Source: Bigelowiella natans CCMP2755 (lineage: Eukaryota > Protista > Cercozoa). From it: DNA of 58,567 nucleotides. A program made the position numbers and the translations under genes. The stretch's first letter is position 1. Each line of letters begins with the position of its first letter. Under the pieces are notes generated by a model. It was given only the letters and a program-made list of their open reading frames with translations, did not search any database and was not told the origin of the DNA. Location of the stretch: contig ADNK01003197.1 of the NCBI GenBank assembly GCA_000320545.1, forward strand, positions 1 to 58,567, read 5' to 3'. Below, piece after piece: positions 1 through 10,809 of this stretch.

Positions 1-1830
1 GTCGTACATGAACACCCAGTCCCCCTTGTTCAGCGGCAGGTAAACCTACATGATGGGAGAGAAGAGGGGTTGGGGGGGATAAGTGACAGCAACAGAGCAG
101 TTTACGTCGCTGTGTTGTTTCAGTACATTGTCATCTTTGCCGGTAACACGATTGTAAGCTTTCCACACGCGGTCTTTTGGCACGTCGCGCACCTGAAGCA
201 GTGATATAAGAAGCAGAGGAAGAAGAGTAGGTTGAAAGAGGATTCATGCGCGCGCGCGCGCGCTGCATCTATCTACCATCGAATTTCTCGCTCGCCTCGC
301 GCAATGCTGGCGAGTGCCTGGCACGCTCTTGCTGCTGCTACCTTGGTGGATCTGATGTCGGGGAAGATTCGAGTCGCTACGAAGTCGTACTTTGAATCGT
401 CCCTACACGAGATGGTGATTGGTGCTTGGAGTGATGATGTTGATGATGATGGCGATGATGATGATGATAATGGTGATGATGATGGTGATAACAGCACGAG
501 AAGCTAGGGGTCAGAAAAACGAAGCAAGGACGATAGCATAAAGCGGCTGAAAGGCTGCGCGCGCATGCAACCCCCCCCCGCCCCTCTCTCCCCCTCTTTC
601 TCTTGTCCCTCACCTCATCTTGTAGCGCGTTTTGGTGAATCTAGAGGAAGAGACCGAGCCGAGCGGGGAGAGTGACAGCGGCGATTTAGCCTTCTGCCCG
701 CTATCCCCCCCCTCCTGCTGGTGTGGCACCTCAACCAGCTTCACGTAATTCGAAGGAAACATCCCGCGGCTTGGGACCTGGTGGGCAAAAGGCAGCAGAG
801 TCGTGTGTGTGACTTACATCGCAGCTAATGAAGGCGTAATGCTGCTGCTGCTGCCGCGGTGCGCGGCAGCATCTACGGATTCTTAAAATTAGAGCAAGAG
901 CAGTTAATCGTCGCTCACAAGTTCCCCAAGCATGGTGTTGGCAGTGGCACCTACCTCTCCATGGGTCTCGCCGATCCACCAACCCGACTCCTCTTGCCTG
1001 TTTTAGATATGAATAATATGAGGAAGGGGGGGGGGGGGGGGGATTCCTTCGGTCAGGAGGAGGGCTATAGCGATGATGGTTTTGCCGATTGATTACTACT
1101 GATGGAAGAAGAGGGAAAATAACTCTCCCAATCCCCCCCACTGGCATGTTCACGTATTTTTCCGTGTTGCACGTACGAGAAAACAAAGATCGCGTCGCCC
1201 TTTGCGAAGCTTAGGTCACTCGTGTGCTCCTGAAACGTATAAATTCCGACAAAAAAACCGGTGCAACGATAATGATGTTGATGATGGCAATAGATAGCGA
1301 TTTGTGAGACAACTATACTGGCACTGCCACCACCACTACTGCTACTAATACTGCTGCCAGTACTACGCATCACCGTGTCTGGAATATAATCGTAGAGGGC
1401 CACAGCTAATTTGCTTTCATCCTCGCTCTCGTCGTCGGAAGAGAGAAAACTGGAAAAGGGAAGAGAGACGTGAGTAGGCCCGCAACATAGGGAGGTGTGT
1501 GCGTGTGCTTTGATCATGACCATCACCGCCATCATCGTCAATCATCAACTATCATCGTTGCTTTGCTTACTTGGCATTAGGGTCGTCATCATCGCCTACG
1601 GCTAAGGTGAGTTCCCTGACATTTATTACACCCCCCCAGAGATGACAGAAAACAAAGAACACAAGAATATCAAAGGAGGATGAGGAGCGGTGGCGGGCAT
1701 TTGGAACACACGTTTCCATGCTTACAACACTGCTACTACTACTCCTGCCTACCTATCCCTTGCCAATTGCGCACTAATGTTGCTCATAACCAACACGCTT
1801 GGCCTCTTCGCCTGCGAAAACAGCCACATG
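1..1830 (-). CDS. SH3-domain protein, multi-exon, 3' end beyond the window; probably at least two SH3 domains
   Basis: GT-AG exons 1449-1374, 1229-1177, 997-955 and 777-614 splice to AVALYDYIPDT-EHTSDLSFAKGDAIFVFS-QEESGWWIGETHGE-VPSRGMFPSNYVKLV, which has the ALYDY, WW and GxFPxNYV SH3 motifs. Exons near 1-190 give a second SH3-like start (KAYNRVTGKDDNVYLPLNKGDWVFMYD). 5' end approximate. Confidence 0.85.
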
Positions 1831-2439
1831 GCGGGTTATTTCTGTCATGGGATTGAGTTTTTTTATGATAGTTCAATCGCACATTCTTTGATTATTCTGC
1901 TTCCCCCTCTGCTCCCCTCCCCCCCCCCCAACTCTCTCTCTATGTGTGTGTGTGTGTGTGCTGTTCAGCAGTTCATTCTACCAGCGGTCTCCGATTTTGT
2001 GAGCCTACTCCTAAGATAAAACAATTGCAGCTTCAGAGGGCAGTCCTTAACAAGTAGAAAAGCTTTACATTGCCCAGACGAAATACATGCATGCTACAGC
2101 TCGCTATAAACACATACTACAAATTCACACAAGCATCCAATTACGAAAGAGGAGGAATACAGCGTGCATGCCGCTCCAAGAATGTTTACAAATCGGCTAC
2201 ACAAGCTACGCGTAATGTGTTGACTCGACAAGGGACCCACCGAGAGTGTTCTTCGCTCGCAAGCTACCCAGAAGCTTCTCTTTGTTCTTACCTATTAACG
2301 TGCATGGGTGTGTGGAGGTTGAATGGAAACGGTAACATCACTCTGAACGAAGACCGTAAAACACTCGAAATGTACATAACTTTTGTTCACAGAGAAACTA
2401 AAGAATAAAACTCCACCACAGGGTGAAGCCACAGCACAC

Positions 2440-3107
2440 TTAAATATAGTCACCACTGCCGACGGTGTTGTAGAAATTAGCGATGGCGGACAACGATCCA
2501 ATGCTTGAGTCCTCCATTTCGGAACCCCCTCCCCCGCCGCCGCCTTTGTTTATAATTAACTTCAGTGAGCATGATTATATTCCCAGAACATGACAAAATT
2601 TTTGATGCAACAGTCGTCTTGACCCGTGGATTTTGCGGTGATGGAGCTGCTACCTTTTCCAGAGGCGGCGTCTGTAAGTCTCAGGGAAACCCCACCATCA
2701 CCACGATCATCCGTTTTCTTGGTCAGTACCGCCACCTGCTGCACCAGCTCTTCGATTTTCTGCCTCAACTAAACGCAATAATGTTCGTATGTAAATTTTC
2801 AAGCGGATAGAAAGGAAGCTTTGTACGACGATCCGGTTGGATGCCATGATATGCCAATCATTCATTCTCAAATTATATCAGCATCTTCAAACAAGTATAG
2901 TAGTAATACCTGGACTTCGGTGGCTTTCCACGCCTTTTTTTCATCCTCCAGAGCTTTATTCTTATCCTCTAGATCCTATTGATCGCAGAATAGCGCAACA
3001 AGATCATGGCTGTTGTTGATTGACGTAGATTTGCAAAAGTGGGTAGCGTAAAAGAAGCCTACCTTGACTTTTTTTAGCAGGGCTTCCTTCTCAAAAGCGG
3101 TGGCCAT
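2440..3107 (-). CDS. Small coiled-coil hypothetical protein, 4 exons
   Basis: In-frame GT-AG splicing gives MATAFEKEALLKKVK-DLEDKNKALEDEKKAWKATEVQ-LRQKIEELVQQ...-GSEMEDSSIGSLSAIANFYNTVGSGDYI*. Further upstream exons are possible. Confidence 0.6.
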
Positions 3108-3588
3108 TGTGAAAGTGTTCTACAAGAGTAGCCTGGTTCTGCAACAGGTTGACCAGATCTGGGGGCAGCACGCGAAAGGCTCCCGCCCGATCCAAATGCA
3201 AAACGTGAGCGTTCGAGTGCTTCCGGGGAGGGTGGCAGAGTTCAGATATAAAAAAGTAAAATCGTTTACAAAGCGCAGGGGTAAATAATGATGCGACAGC
3301 ATTTAATGCCTTGTTACAATCGACTCCCAAGAATCGACAGATTGCCCTCCTTTTGCAACAGTCACCGGTTGTCGCACGACTGGAAAAAAGGGACCGATGC
3401 GTCGGCATGTCGCACCTCCCAAAAGAGGGTTCGGTTCGAATGAAAGTCAATTAGCTGGTGGCGATTCTGGCAGGTTCTTCGCTGCTGCTTGGTGGAACAT
3501 TCGAGAGCTTTCCTGCAGAAATCCTGGAAAGTTCGCTTCCTGTTGGACTCGTCGGCCAGCATCAAAATCCAAAGGCTAACGCCTCAAA

Positions 3589-5196
3589 ATGAGTCGGATA
3601 AAAGGCTGTAGGCCGGAGGTGGTTGATGGAGGAGGCCGTGTGTCAGTGCTATCGTGGAACATCCTAGCACCGCAGTATTGCTCCAAAAAGCAGTTTCCCA
3701 GGTCACCGGCAAAGTGCTTGGACTGGAAAGTTCGGATGGGAAGAATACTTGACACGATCGCGAGATATGACGCGGATATTGTATGCCTTCAAGAGATGGA
3801 GCTTGCGAGCTGGGACTCTGTCCTAAAAGATTTTGCTACAAAGCATGGATACTCTCTCGTTCACCAGAAGGACAAGGGCTCGAAGGCCGGGATAAAGTAC
3901 ATTGGCAATACAACAATGTTCAAGGCAGCTCAATTTACGATTGAGTACGAGATACATAGATCTCGGGTAATGGTGACAGCTCTAAGACAACAAAATGAAG
4001 AAAATGATGATAAGAAAGATCATGTGAAAAATGATAAGAGAATAGAAGACGAAGATATAAAGCATCACTCGTCAGAAAATGATGAAGGCGTTGTCTGGGT
4101 GATTGCGAACGCACATCTTGACGCAACAAAGCCGAACCATCGTTTAAACCAGATGAAATCCCTCTTTAAAAGAATAAAACCCGAAAACAAAAAATCAAAC
4201 CATCGGCTAATCTTGTGCGGGGATCTCAACGCCGGGCCTGACTCCGAGGTCGTATCCCTCCTCCAGAATGGTAGAGTCAAAGACAACAATGGTTCTGTGG
4301 TTGAATCTGGGTTCGAAGACAACTTGAAGAGTGCATATCGTGTGAGGTGGAACCGAGAACCAGCGTTCACAATAGCGGTGGGGGGATGGTCCGGGGTTTT
4401 AGACTGGATATGGTTTGATTCACGTTGTGCGGACTGCTGTCATGTGGTGCCAATATTCACTTCGGCGCACACTAGAAACCAAGTCTGTAAAAGGGGGCTA
4501 CCTTCTGACTTGATACCCTCTGATCACTGTCCCATAGCTGCAACCTTTCGAGCCGTGTCGGTGCGAGCTCGCAAAAGCTTACCAATGAGAGCTACACCTA
4601 AGAAAATGAACAGAAAGCAAAAGAAACGTCTCTTCCGGATGAAACGTAAGAAAGCAGCTGCCGCGAAGAAACATCACATGACAACATTGAGGAAGAGTTT
4701 TCACAAGCCCGAACCCATATGCAAAGCAAACAACGGTATCAAGAAATTTGGTTCTCCGTTCAAAATTCCTACGAGTCTTCCAAATCTTCGAAGAGCTAAA
4801 TCTGCTCCTCTTGCGACTAGTAGAGGTTGCAAATCGACCGTTGTTCCTTCACCACATCTGTATTTACGAAAAGACTGTGCCCATCATGGGGTCACATCAT
4901 TGCATGAAGTTTTTCTTCCTTTTGGGAGGCCACCTGAAGATGAAAGGACCGCCTTTGACTTCTCAAAGAATTCAATCAATAGTTGTCATCGGGGAGCCCG
5001 AAAAAGCAGACAAAATCAGAAGCTGTTAATGAAGTGTCTCGACAAAACACAATGTCACTTGACTTTCGCATCCTTAGCTTCCGTTCGCGTGCAGCAATGC
5101 AACCTAATTTGCTCTCTTCAAAGTACACATGCTTTCAGTCACTCGTTTTTGTCAAGTTTGTCACTGGCAGGTTGTGAACATGGCAGATCACGCTGA
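3589..5196 (+). CDS. Endonuclease/exonuclease/phosphatase (EEP) family, CCR4/nocturnin/PDE12/Angel-like, with a basic C-terminal tail
   Basis: 535-aa ORF with EEP motifs SWNILA, DIVCLQE, NAHL, LCGDLN, LDWIW and PSDHCPI. The end of the C-terminal tail is uncertain because it runs into the TpA-depleted zone. Confidence 0.9.
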   Translation: MSRIKGCRPEVVDGGGRVSVLSWNILAPQYCSKKQFPRSPAKCLDWKVRMGRILDTIARYDADIVCLQEMELASWDSVLKDFATKHGYSLVHQKDKGSKAGIKYIGNTTMFKAAQFTIEYEIHRSRVMVTALRQQNEENDDKKDHVKNDKRIEDEDIKHHSSENDEGVVWVIANAHLDATKPNHRLNQMKSLFKRIKPENKKSNHRLILCGDLNAGPDSEVVSLLQNGRVKDNNGSVVESGFEDNLKSAYRVRWNREPAFTIAVGGWSGVLDWIWFDSRCADCCHVVPIFTSAHTRNQVCKRGLPSDLIPSDHCPIAATFRAVSVRARKSLPMRATPKKMNRKQKKRLFRMKRKKAAAAKKHHMTTLRKSFHKPEPICKANNGIKKFGSPFKIPTSLPNLRRAKSAPLATSRGCKSTVVPSPHLYLRKDCAHHGVTSLHEVFLPFGRPPEDERTAFDFSKNSINSCHRGARKSRQNQKLLMKCLDKTQCHLTFASLASVRVQQCNLICSLQSTHAFSHSFLSSLSLAGCEHGRSR

Positions 5197-6300
5197 TGAG
5201 CTCTTCTTCGATGCCATGATGCGACTTGTTGTGTGAACGCATGAAATTTGTCATGAAATGATCAATTGTGCAGCATCGAATGAGCTCACTGCGCACTAAG
5301 TCACCTCTAGACAGACCTGTCAACGTTGCACGCATGCCGGCACGATCATGATTTTGTTTTCATGCACCTGCACGCTTTCGATCAGCTTGAAAACCAAGAG
5401 TGCTCAGAATCACTTTTTGTCAACTTTCGAAGGACGCAGCATCGCTATATATCGAATTGCGTGACGTGTGTGTGGATTGGAGGGTCGTCAGAGATCCATG
5501 CTGGCATGCTGAAATTGCACAGTCCAGCAGTCTAGCAGTGTGGCTCATCACCATGCGCAAAAGGATTTTGGCAAAGTTCCTTCAGAAACTTGTTTGACTC
5601 ACAAAAAAACTCTTTCAAGTTGCTTTTTTTTTCGCTTGCCAGTCGCATCTGTGATTCAATGAGTTTGTCACTGCAATTTTTCGCTCGGTTTCGGTTTTGC
5701 CTTTCAATTGCTTTTTTGCTTTCACCACGTTTCACTTTGATTCAGCAGGTTTCAGTTGAATTTTGCTGAAAGTTTTGTCCAACACTAGAACACACCTTCC
5801 AAAGTGAAACTCACAGTTCTGTCAGGTGACAACAATGTGTTCTCTGTTTTGCGTGGTTTCAACGAACATCGTTGCGTCGCCCCACGACAACACCACAGCA
5901 GCAAGACGTCTAGACGTGCCAGCGCTAGCAGCGTGTCGCTTTGCGATGGAAATGTTTGCATAATGTGCCTTAGCGATCATGTCAATTTCATTTTCATCAC
6001 ATGCACATTGCACACTCAGTGCTCAATGCTCAGCTGTGCTGGTCAAATGGTTCTCAATGCTTCCTTGATCGACGTGCTGGCGTGGGTCGATCCGATTTTC
6101 TTTCACGTGCTTTGTTTTTTCATCATTGCCACAAACTCATTGTTGATCGGTTTCATGGTCTTCGTCAGTGCAGATGTTGCTCACCATGCACTTCAGCGTG
6201 GTTTTTGTGGCGTTCAGTCCAAGGAAGCGCACAAGTTCCGAGTTCGGAGTGACGGGGACGTCCAGCTCCCAAAATCCCCACGAGTTGAAAAACATCAACT
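5040..6300. other. TpA-depleted, CA/TG-rich zone with CpG retained
   Basis: Hand count gives about 11 TA dinucleotides in 5161-6299, five of them within CTAG. A single 60-nt line of the neighbouring EEP exon (3901-3960) has five. CG remains abundant. Confidence 0.85.
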
Positions 6301-6800
6301 ACCAAGAGAAATCGCAAGACGCAGGTGAAATTCGGCATGCGTTTTTTATTTTCCAGGAGCTGCCAAAAACTACCGGCCGGGTAAGTGAAAAGCCGTGCGG
6401 TGTGAAGGGAAGGGAGGGAGCGAGCAGGGGCTTGGGGGTGGGTTGGTGGAGGGCTTGGTTGGATCGTAACAGTGGGAGAGACACGGAAAATTTTAGGGTG
6501 AAACTGCTGCCAACACGCACACAAACACACAAACACACTCGCCCTGTGTAGGTTCAAAAGTAGTAAACCAAACCTGTACGACGATGTTTGGGACTCGATC
6601 CTTTTTGCAACGCTCTGCAAGAAAGTTTACAAGCTTCAAGGGCCTTCCGAAGAAGGTCCCGAAATATTTCGTCGATAGAGAAGACTTGAGAGTTAGCAAA
6701 ATAGACATCTGGAAATGATAAAACTGATCGAGTTTTCAAATCATTGGATCAGGTATTTCGTGGAAATCGGCAATTCTCCACCGCGGTAGTCCCCATTCCT
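5200..6800 (-). CDS. Hypothetical multi-exon gene whose 3' exons lie in the TpA-depleted zone; possibly eroded
   Basis: Two clean GT-AG exons (~6708-6577 MSILLTLKSS...PNIVVQ; ~6299-6186 LMFFNSWGFWELDVPV...TLKCM). Downstream exons cannot be spliced cleanly. Confidence 0.4.
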
Positions 6801-6941
6801 TCTGTCCCCTCACCTCCCCCCCTCCCTCTAGTATCGATGTAAATTTAAAAGTACTCGTGAGGCACACATATGCAGTAAAAGTAAGCAGAGAACGAATATC
6901 ACTGAGTCGTCTCAACATCAAATTCCGCTCACTGTCAAATT

Positions 6942-7478
6942 ATGTTTTCCCTGTTATTACTACTCACTGCTTCTGCGGCTAATTCGAAGGGTGCTGCAGT
7001 GACAGAGGCAGACGTCCTTGAATGTCAAGACAAATGGGCCACCGCAATCAAGACCATTAGCAAGACTTACCTGGAAAAGGGAGACTTTGTCGGTGCCGCC
7101 GGCGCCGCAGCAGGGGAGCTCTACGGCTATGGTCACACCAACGTTCTCTTTAAGCCGACTAAGGCAGCAGAGTATCCCTTCCGCCCCACCGGGGGGGAGG
7201 CTATGTCGTACTTCGTCGGTGGAAGCAACGTCGATGGCGGCTACGAAGAAGATGGCGGGTTCGCCATTAACGGGGGCAATGGGTGGAAGGAGGTTGTCTT
7301 TACCAACCACCAGATTGACCTGAGCGGTCCTGTCGCCATCGCTATGGGATCTTACGTGTTTACTTGTGCCACCACCGGTGACGAGGCCAAGGTTGAGTAC
7401 ACCTTCGGTTACAAGCGTAACGACGACGGCAAGGTGCGCATCTTCCTCCACCACTCGTCGGTGCCGTATTCGCAATAA
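6942..7478 (+). CDS. Iota-class carbonic anhydrase (COG4875/LCIP63-like, NTF2/SnoaL fold), single domain with signal peptide
   Basis: Intronless 178-aa ORF with hydrophobic N-terminus MFSLLLLLTASAA. It carries LFKPTKA, SYFVG, G-Y-F, VEYTFGY and the diagnostic C-terminal IFLHHSSVPY. Confidence 0.9.
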   Translation: MFSLLLLLTASAANSKGAAVTEADVLECQDKWATAIKTISKTYLEKGDFVGAAGAAAGELYGYGHTNVLFKPTKAAEYPFRPTGGEAMSYFVGGSNVDGGYEEDGGFAINGGNGWKEVVFTNHQIDLSGPVAIAMGSYVFTCATTGDEAKVEYTFGYKRNDDGKVRIFLHHSSVPYSQ

Positions 7479-7629
7479 TGGGGGCCTGCAGCAGGAACAT
7501 TGTGCTTTAGCGAATGGCGATGGCGTGTGTGCCTTTTTGACCTGGAAAAACGAGCTCCATATGCATGTTTATTTTAGAAGGACGTTGACAAGCTATGTCT
7601 TTCTTCATCTAATTACCCTTCGTTCACAT

Positions 7630-8480
7630 GATCTAGCTATCGTAGTTAGTGATGATCGATGGCTGACACCCGCATGATGATGGCCATTTCTGTGCATGTG
7701 GTGCCACATCTAGACATAGATTGAATATATTCGGTACTGCATTATCTGCTAGTCTGTGTACGTGAATGATGTACGCAACGATTGATGGCAAAGAATTACT
7801 GGAGTAGGACAACTGCGATGCGGTGTTCATATAATGCGTAAGTCGATCGATTACATTGTACGGACCAAGATTATCTATCTAGATTATGCACATAGCTAGC
7901 TAGCTAGACTAGTAGAGCCAGCTAACCAGGCTAGCAGGCGGGTGCCATATCCAGCGCTAAAGCGGCCAACATGCTAGCATGCACGTAGCACTACTTTGAT
8001 ATTGCATGAACAAGTACATGCATGAAGATATGCCTATAACTATCATCACCGTGCAGATGTGACACCGTTTATTATACGTACGTACTTGAGGCAGCGCATT
8101 GCCATGCCTTTGTTGCATTGCATTCACCATCTATAAGCGTCGTTGTGCGAACGCCACGTCTACAAATAGACCCCCAATGCGCACGTACACACACGCACAC
8201 ACATGTTCTGTGTTGTAGCAGCACTGCTCTAGTGCTGCACAAAATTGGCCGCCACGCTAGCACGCTGTATACGTCAAAATCGTGGTTTCTAATATCAACC
8301 TTTTTAAACACTGCTAGACTGATGACGTACCGCCCAAGCTAGCAAGCTAAGCAAGCTAGCGAGCTGAGATACTATCTTACAAATTCCAACTATCTTTCTG
8401 GGGAGCTAAAGCTTAGGCATGGGCGCCATATTTACTTAAGATAGTGCTATTGACATGAACCCTGCGACTTGGATTCAGAG
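7630..8480. other. CTAG/GCTAGC/CATG-rich intergenic block between convergent genes
   Basis: Runs such as tagctagctagctagactagtag (~7893-7915) and caagctag-caagctaag-caagctag (~8335-8360). No credible ORF. Confidence 0.7.
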
Positions 8481-8733
8481 CCTCTAAAATGCCCTCTGTT
8501 GAAATAGAGGCACAAACACAAACAGTGTGCACAGATCAGCGAATCTACCATGAGAGATGTGGAATTAGAAGCAACCGCATCCCAAAACATCCCAAATCAG
8601 CTCAGCACGATTGCTACTTCCCAACGCCCTGCTGCTCACTACAACCACAGCCCTTTCTACTAGTACTACTACTCCTAGTGGATACGCAAAGCTGCACGTG
8701 TTTGTGCAGTGCTGTGCGCTATCATGTGGTGTA

Positions 8734-10731
8734 CTACTGACCAGCGGGAGGTGGTGGAGGGATCCCGTCTTGGGTATCTTGCGTCCTGATCAGCTCGCTC
8801 ACCGCAAAGAAAATCGCCGTACAGTTGATGAGACTCACCACTAATATCACAATCCAGGCCACTGTGTGGCTCTGCTCCCTTGACAAGCAGGGCAGGACTC
8901 GGAAAGGGGCGACAGCATCTGGCGATGGATTTATGTAAGGTGAATGAGATGCGCGTATTGAATGGGGAGAGGGGGCTGATAGGCTTGATGTGAATACAGC
9001 GTGGTTCTAACCTTGGAAATCATCCTCCTCCTCCTCCTCCTTCGGCATGTTTTTCGGTTGGTGATGATACTTCCGAGGTGGGCCTGGAGATGGATCTTGC
9101 TCGGTACTACCGTAGTTGCAGCTGAAAGGGGGGGGGGAGAGCAACGTAACATGCAAAGTGAGGCCCTTGCGATTCCTCTTCCATTTTTGTTCTTAAGGTG
9201 AATTCTCTCTCGTATGGAGCAACATCCCTTTGGCAAAGGGGGGATGGGGAATGGGGGTACAAGGGCTACCATCCGCAAATTAATAAGAAACACACGCACA
9301 CACACACACACGCATATGTATGTCTCTATAGTAAGTAAAGTTAGGTGAAGATATATATTCATATTTATATATTTGTGTGTGCGTGTGTGAGTGCGTTGTT
9401 AATATAGAATGGCGTCAGTATTGCTGCTCGATGCCATCACTGTTATCTGTATGTTGCTCTAGTCTCTCCTATCATGCGGTGTGCGTACATTTGGGTGCTT
9501 CTCCACGATATGGTACAGCCGCCGCTCTCTCCCTCGCTATCCCTCCTCCTATTTTTCATCATCACTTCTTGCTTCTCTGAATAAATGGGGGGAAGAAGAG
9601 GGAAACAAAGATGAATCAGGAAACGATAACATCACGATTTCGCCTCGAAAGATGGCAAAGAGGGGCTCAGCTGGCCACGCTGAAAGCACTAACGACAACG
9701 TTGGCTTTTGTCCTGCACCAAGACAAAAGCCCCCTCCTCTCTCTCTTCTTGTTGCGGGCAGGGTGAAAGTCGGCAGCGCCGGTGTTCCACTCGGAAAATC
9801 GACTCCCGGTTTCGAGCATTAGGTATAGTTATTATTAGTCGCTTCTTCCTGGCAAGCTCACTACCTTTTGCAATAGCAGCACCAGCAGCAGCAGCTGCTT
9901 CTTCCTTCGAGTCGCCCAACGTCGTCGTGATCGAGGTCATCTGCGGAACACCAGATACATACAACCGCCATCATTGCTGCTACTACTACTTCTACTCTCA
10001 ATATTGGTTTCAGCACCTTGCACACTCCCTTGCTTTCCCTGGAGATGAGGTACATCGCACACGGAATCAAGAAGTTGAGGGGCACGACAGTCAGGAGCCC
10101 CGACCTGCTCCATCCAAACAAAAATACAATATCCTCACCATGCGCATTGCGGGGCTGGGGGGGGTGGGGGGGCTGACTCATATTACCACCATTAATCATC
10201 ACTATCATATCAAATGCCCTCGACATAATTTACCACTTTTGAATAATTAAAGGAAATGATAGAAAGACCGCAGAGGCCAGGAGCAGCGTGCAAGCGAAGA
10301 GGAGACAGAGCGGATTACTACAACTGTCTGTCTATGACGACGACGAGTGCTGGTGCTACCAATTCAGAATTATATTGAGTTTATTCCCGGACATGGTCAG
10401 GAACGCAATTAGCCAAGGGAGAACCTGCAGCAGCAGCAGCAGCGGCATCAGAGCCAACGGCAAAAAAGGATAAAAAGTGCATTGGGCCACGACGAGACGG
10501 TCTGCTCCCACGACATATGATAGCAACAACAACAACAACAACTGCTAAGACTGCTACTCACCACGGCTATCATATTGCCGACAAAGGGACCACAGACACC
10601 TGTGAGACGGAACAGGCAGCAGCAAAGGTATCATCATAATGATGGCGGTCTTCCTCTCAGACGCGTGGTGGTGGTGGGGGGGCATCCGCTCATATACGAG
10701 TGAATGCTAGTTCCATAATGAATCGCAACCA

Positions 10732-10809
<78 letters not shown>

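Noticed and set aside
859-1092. Plus-strand 77-aa ORF
   Set aside because: Antisense to SH3 exons that have clear motifs on the minus strand.
5040-6300. CpG-methylation decay or a degenerate transposon as the explanation for the CA/TG-rich blocks
   Set aside because: CpG is abundant and it is TpA that is missing. I recognised no transposase, RT or integrase motif, terminal repeat or shared sequence among the blocks.
6960-7475. 171-aa antisense ORF over the iota-CA
   Set aside because: An expected by-product of strongly C/G-ending codons on the + strand, with no recognisable protein features.
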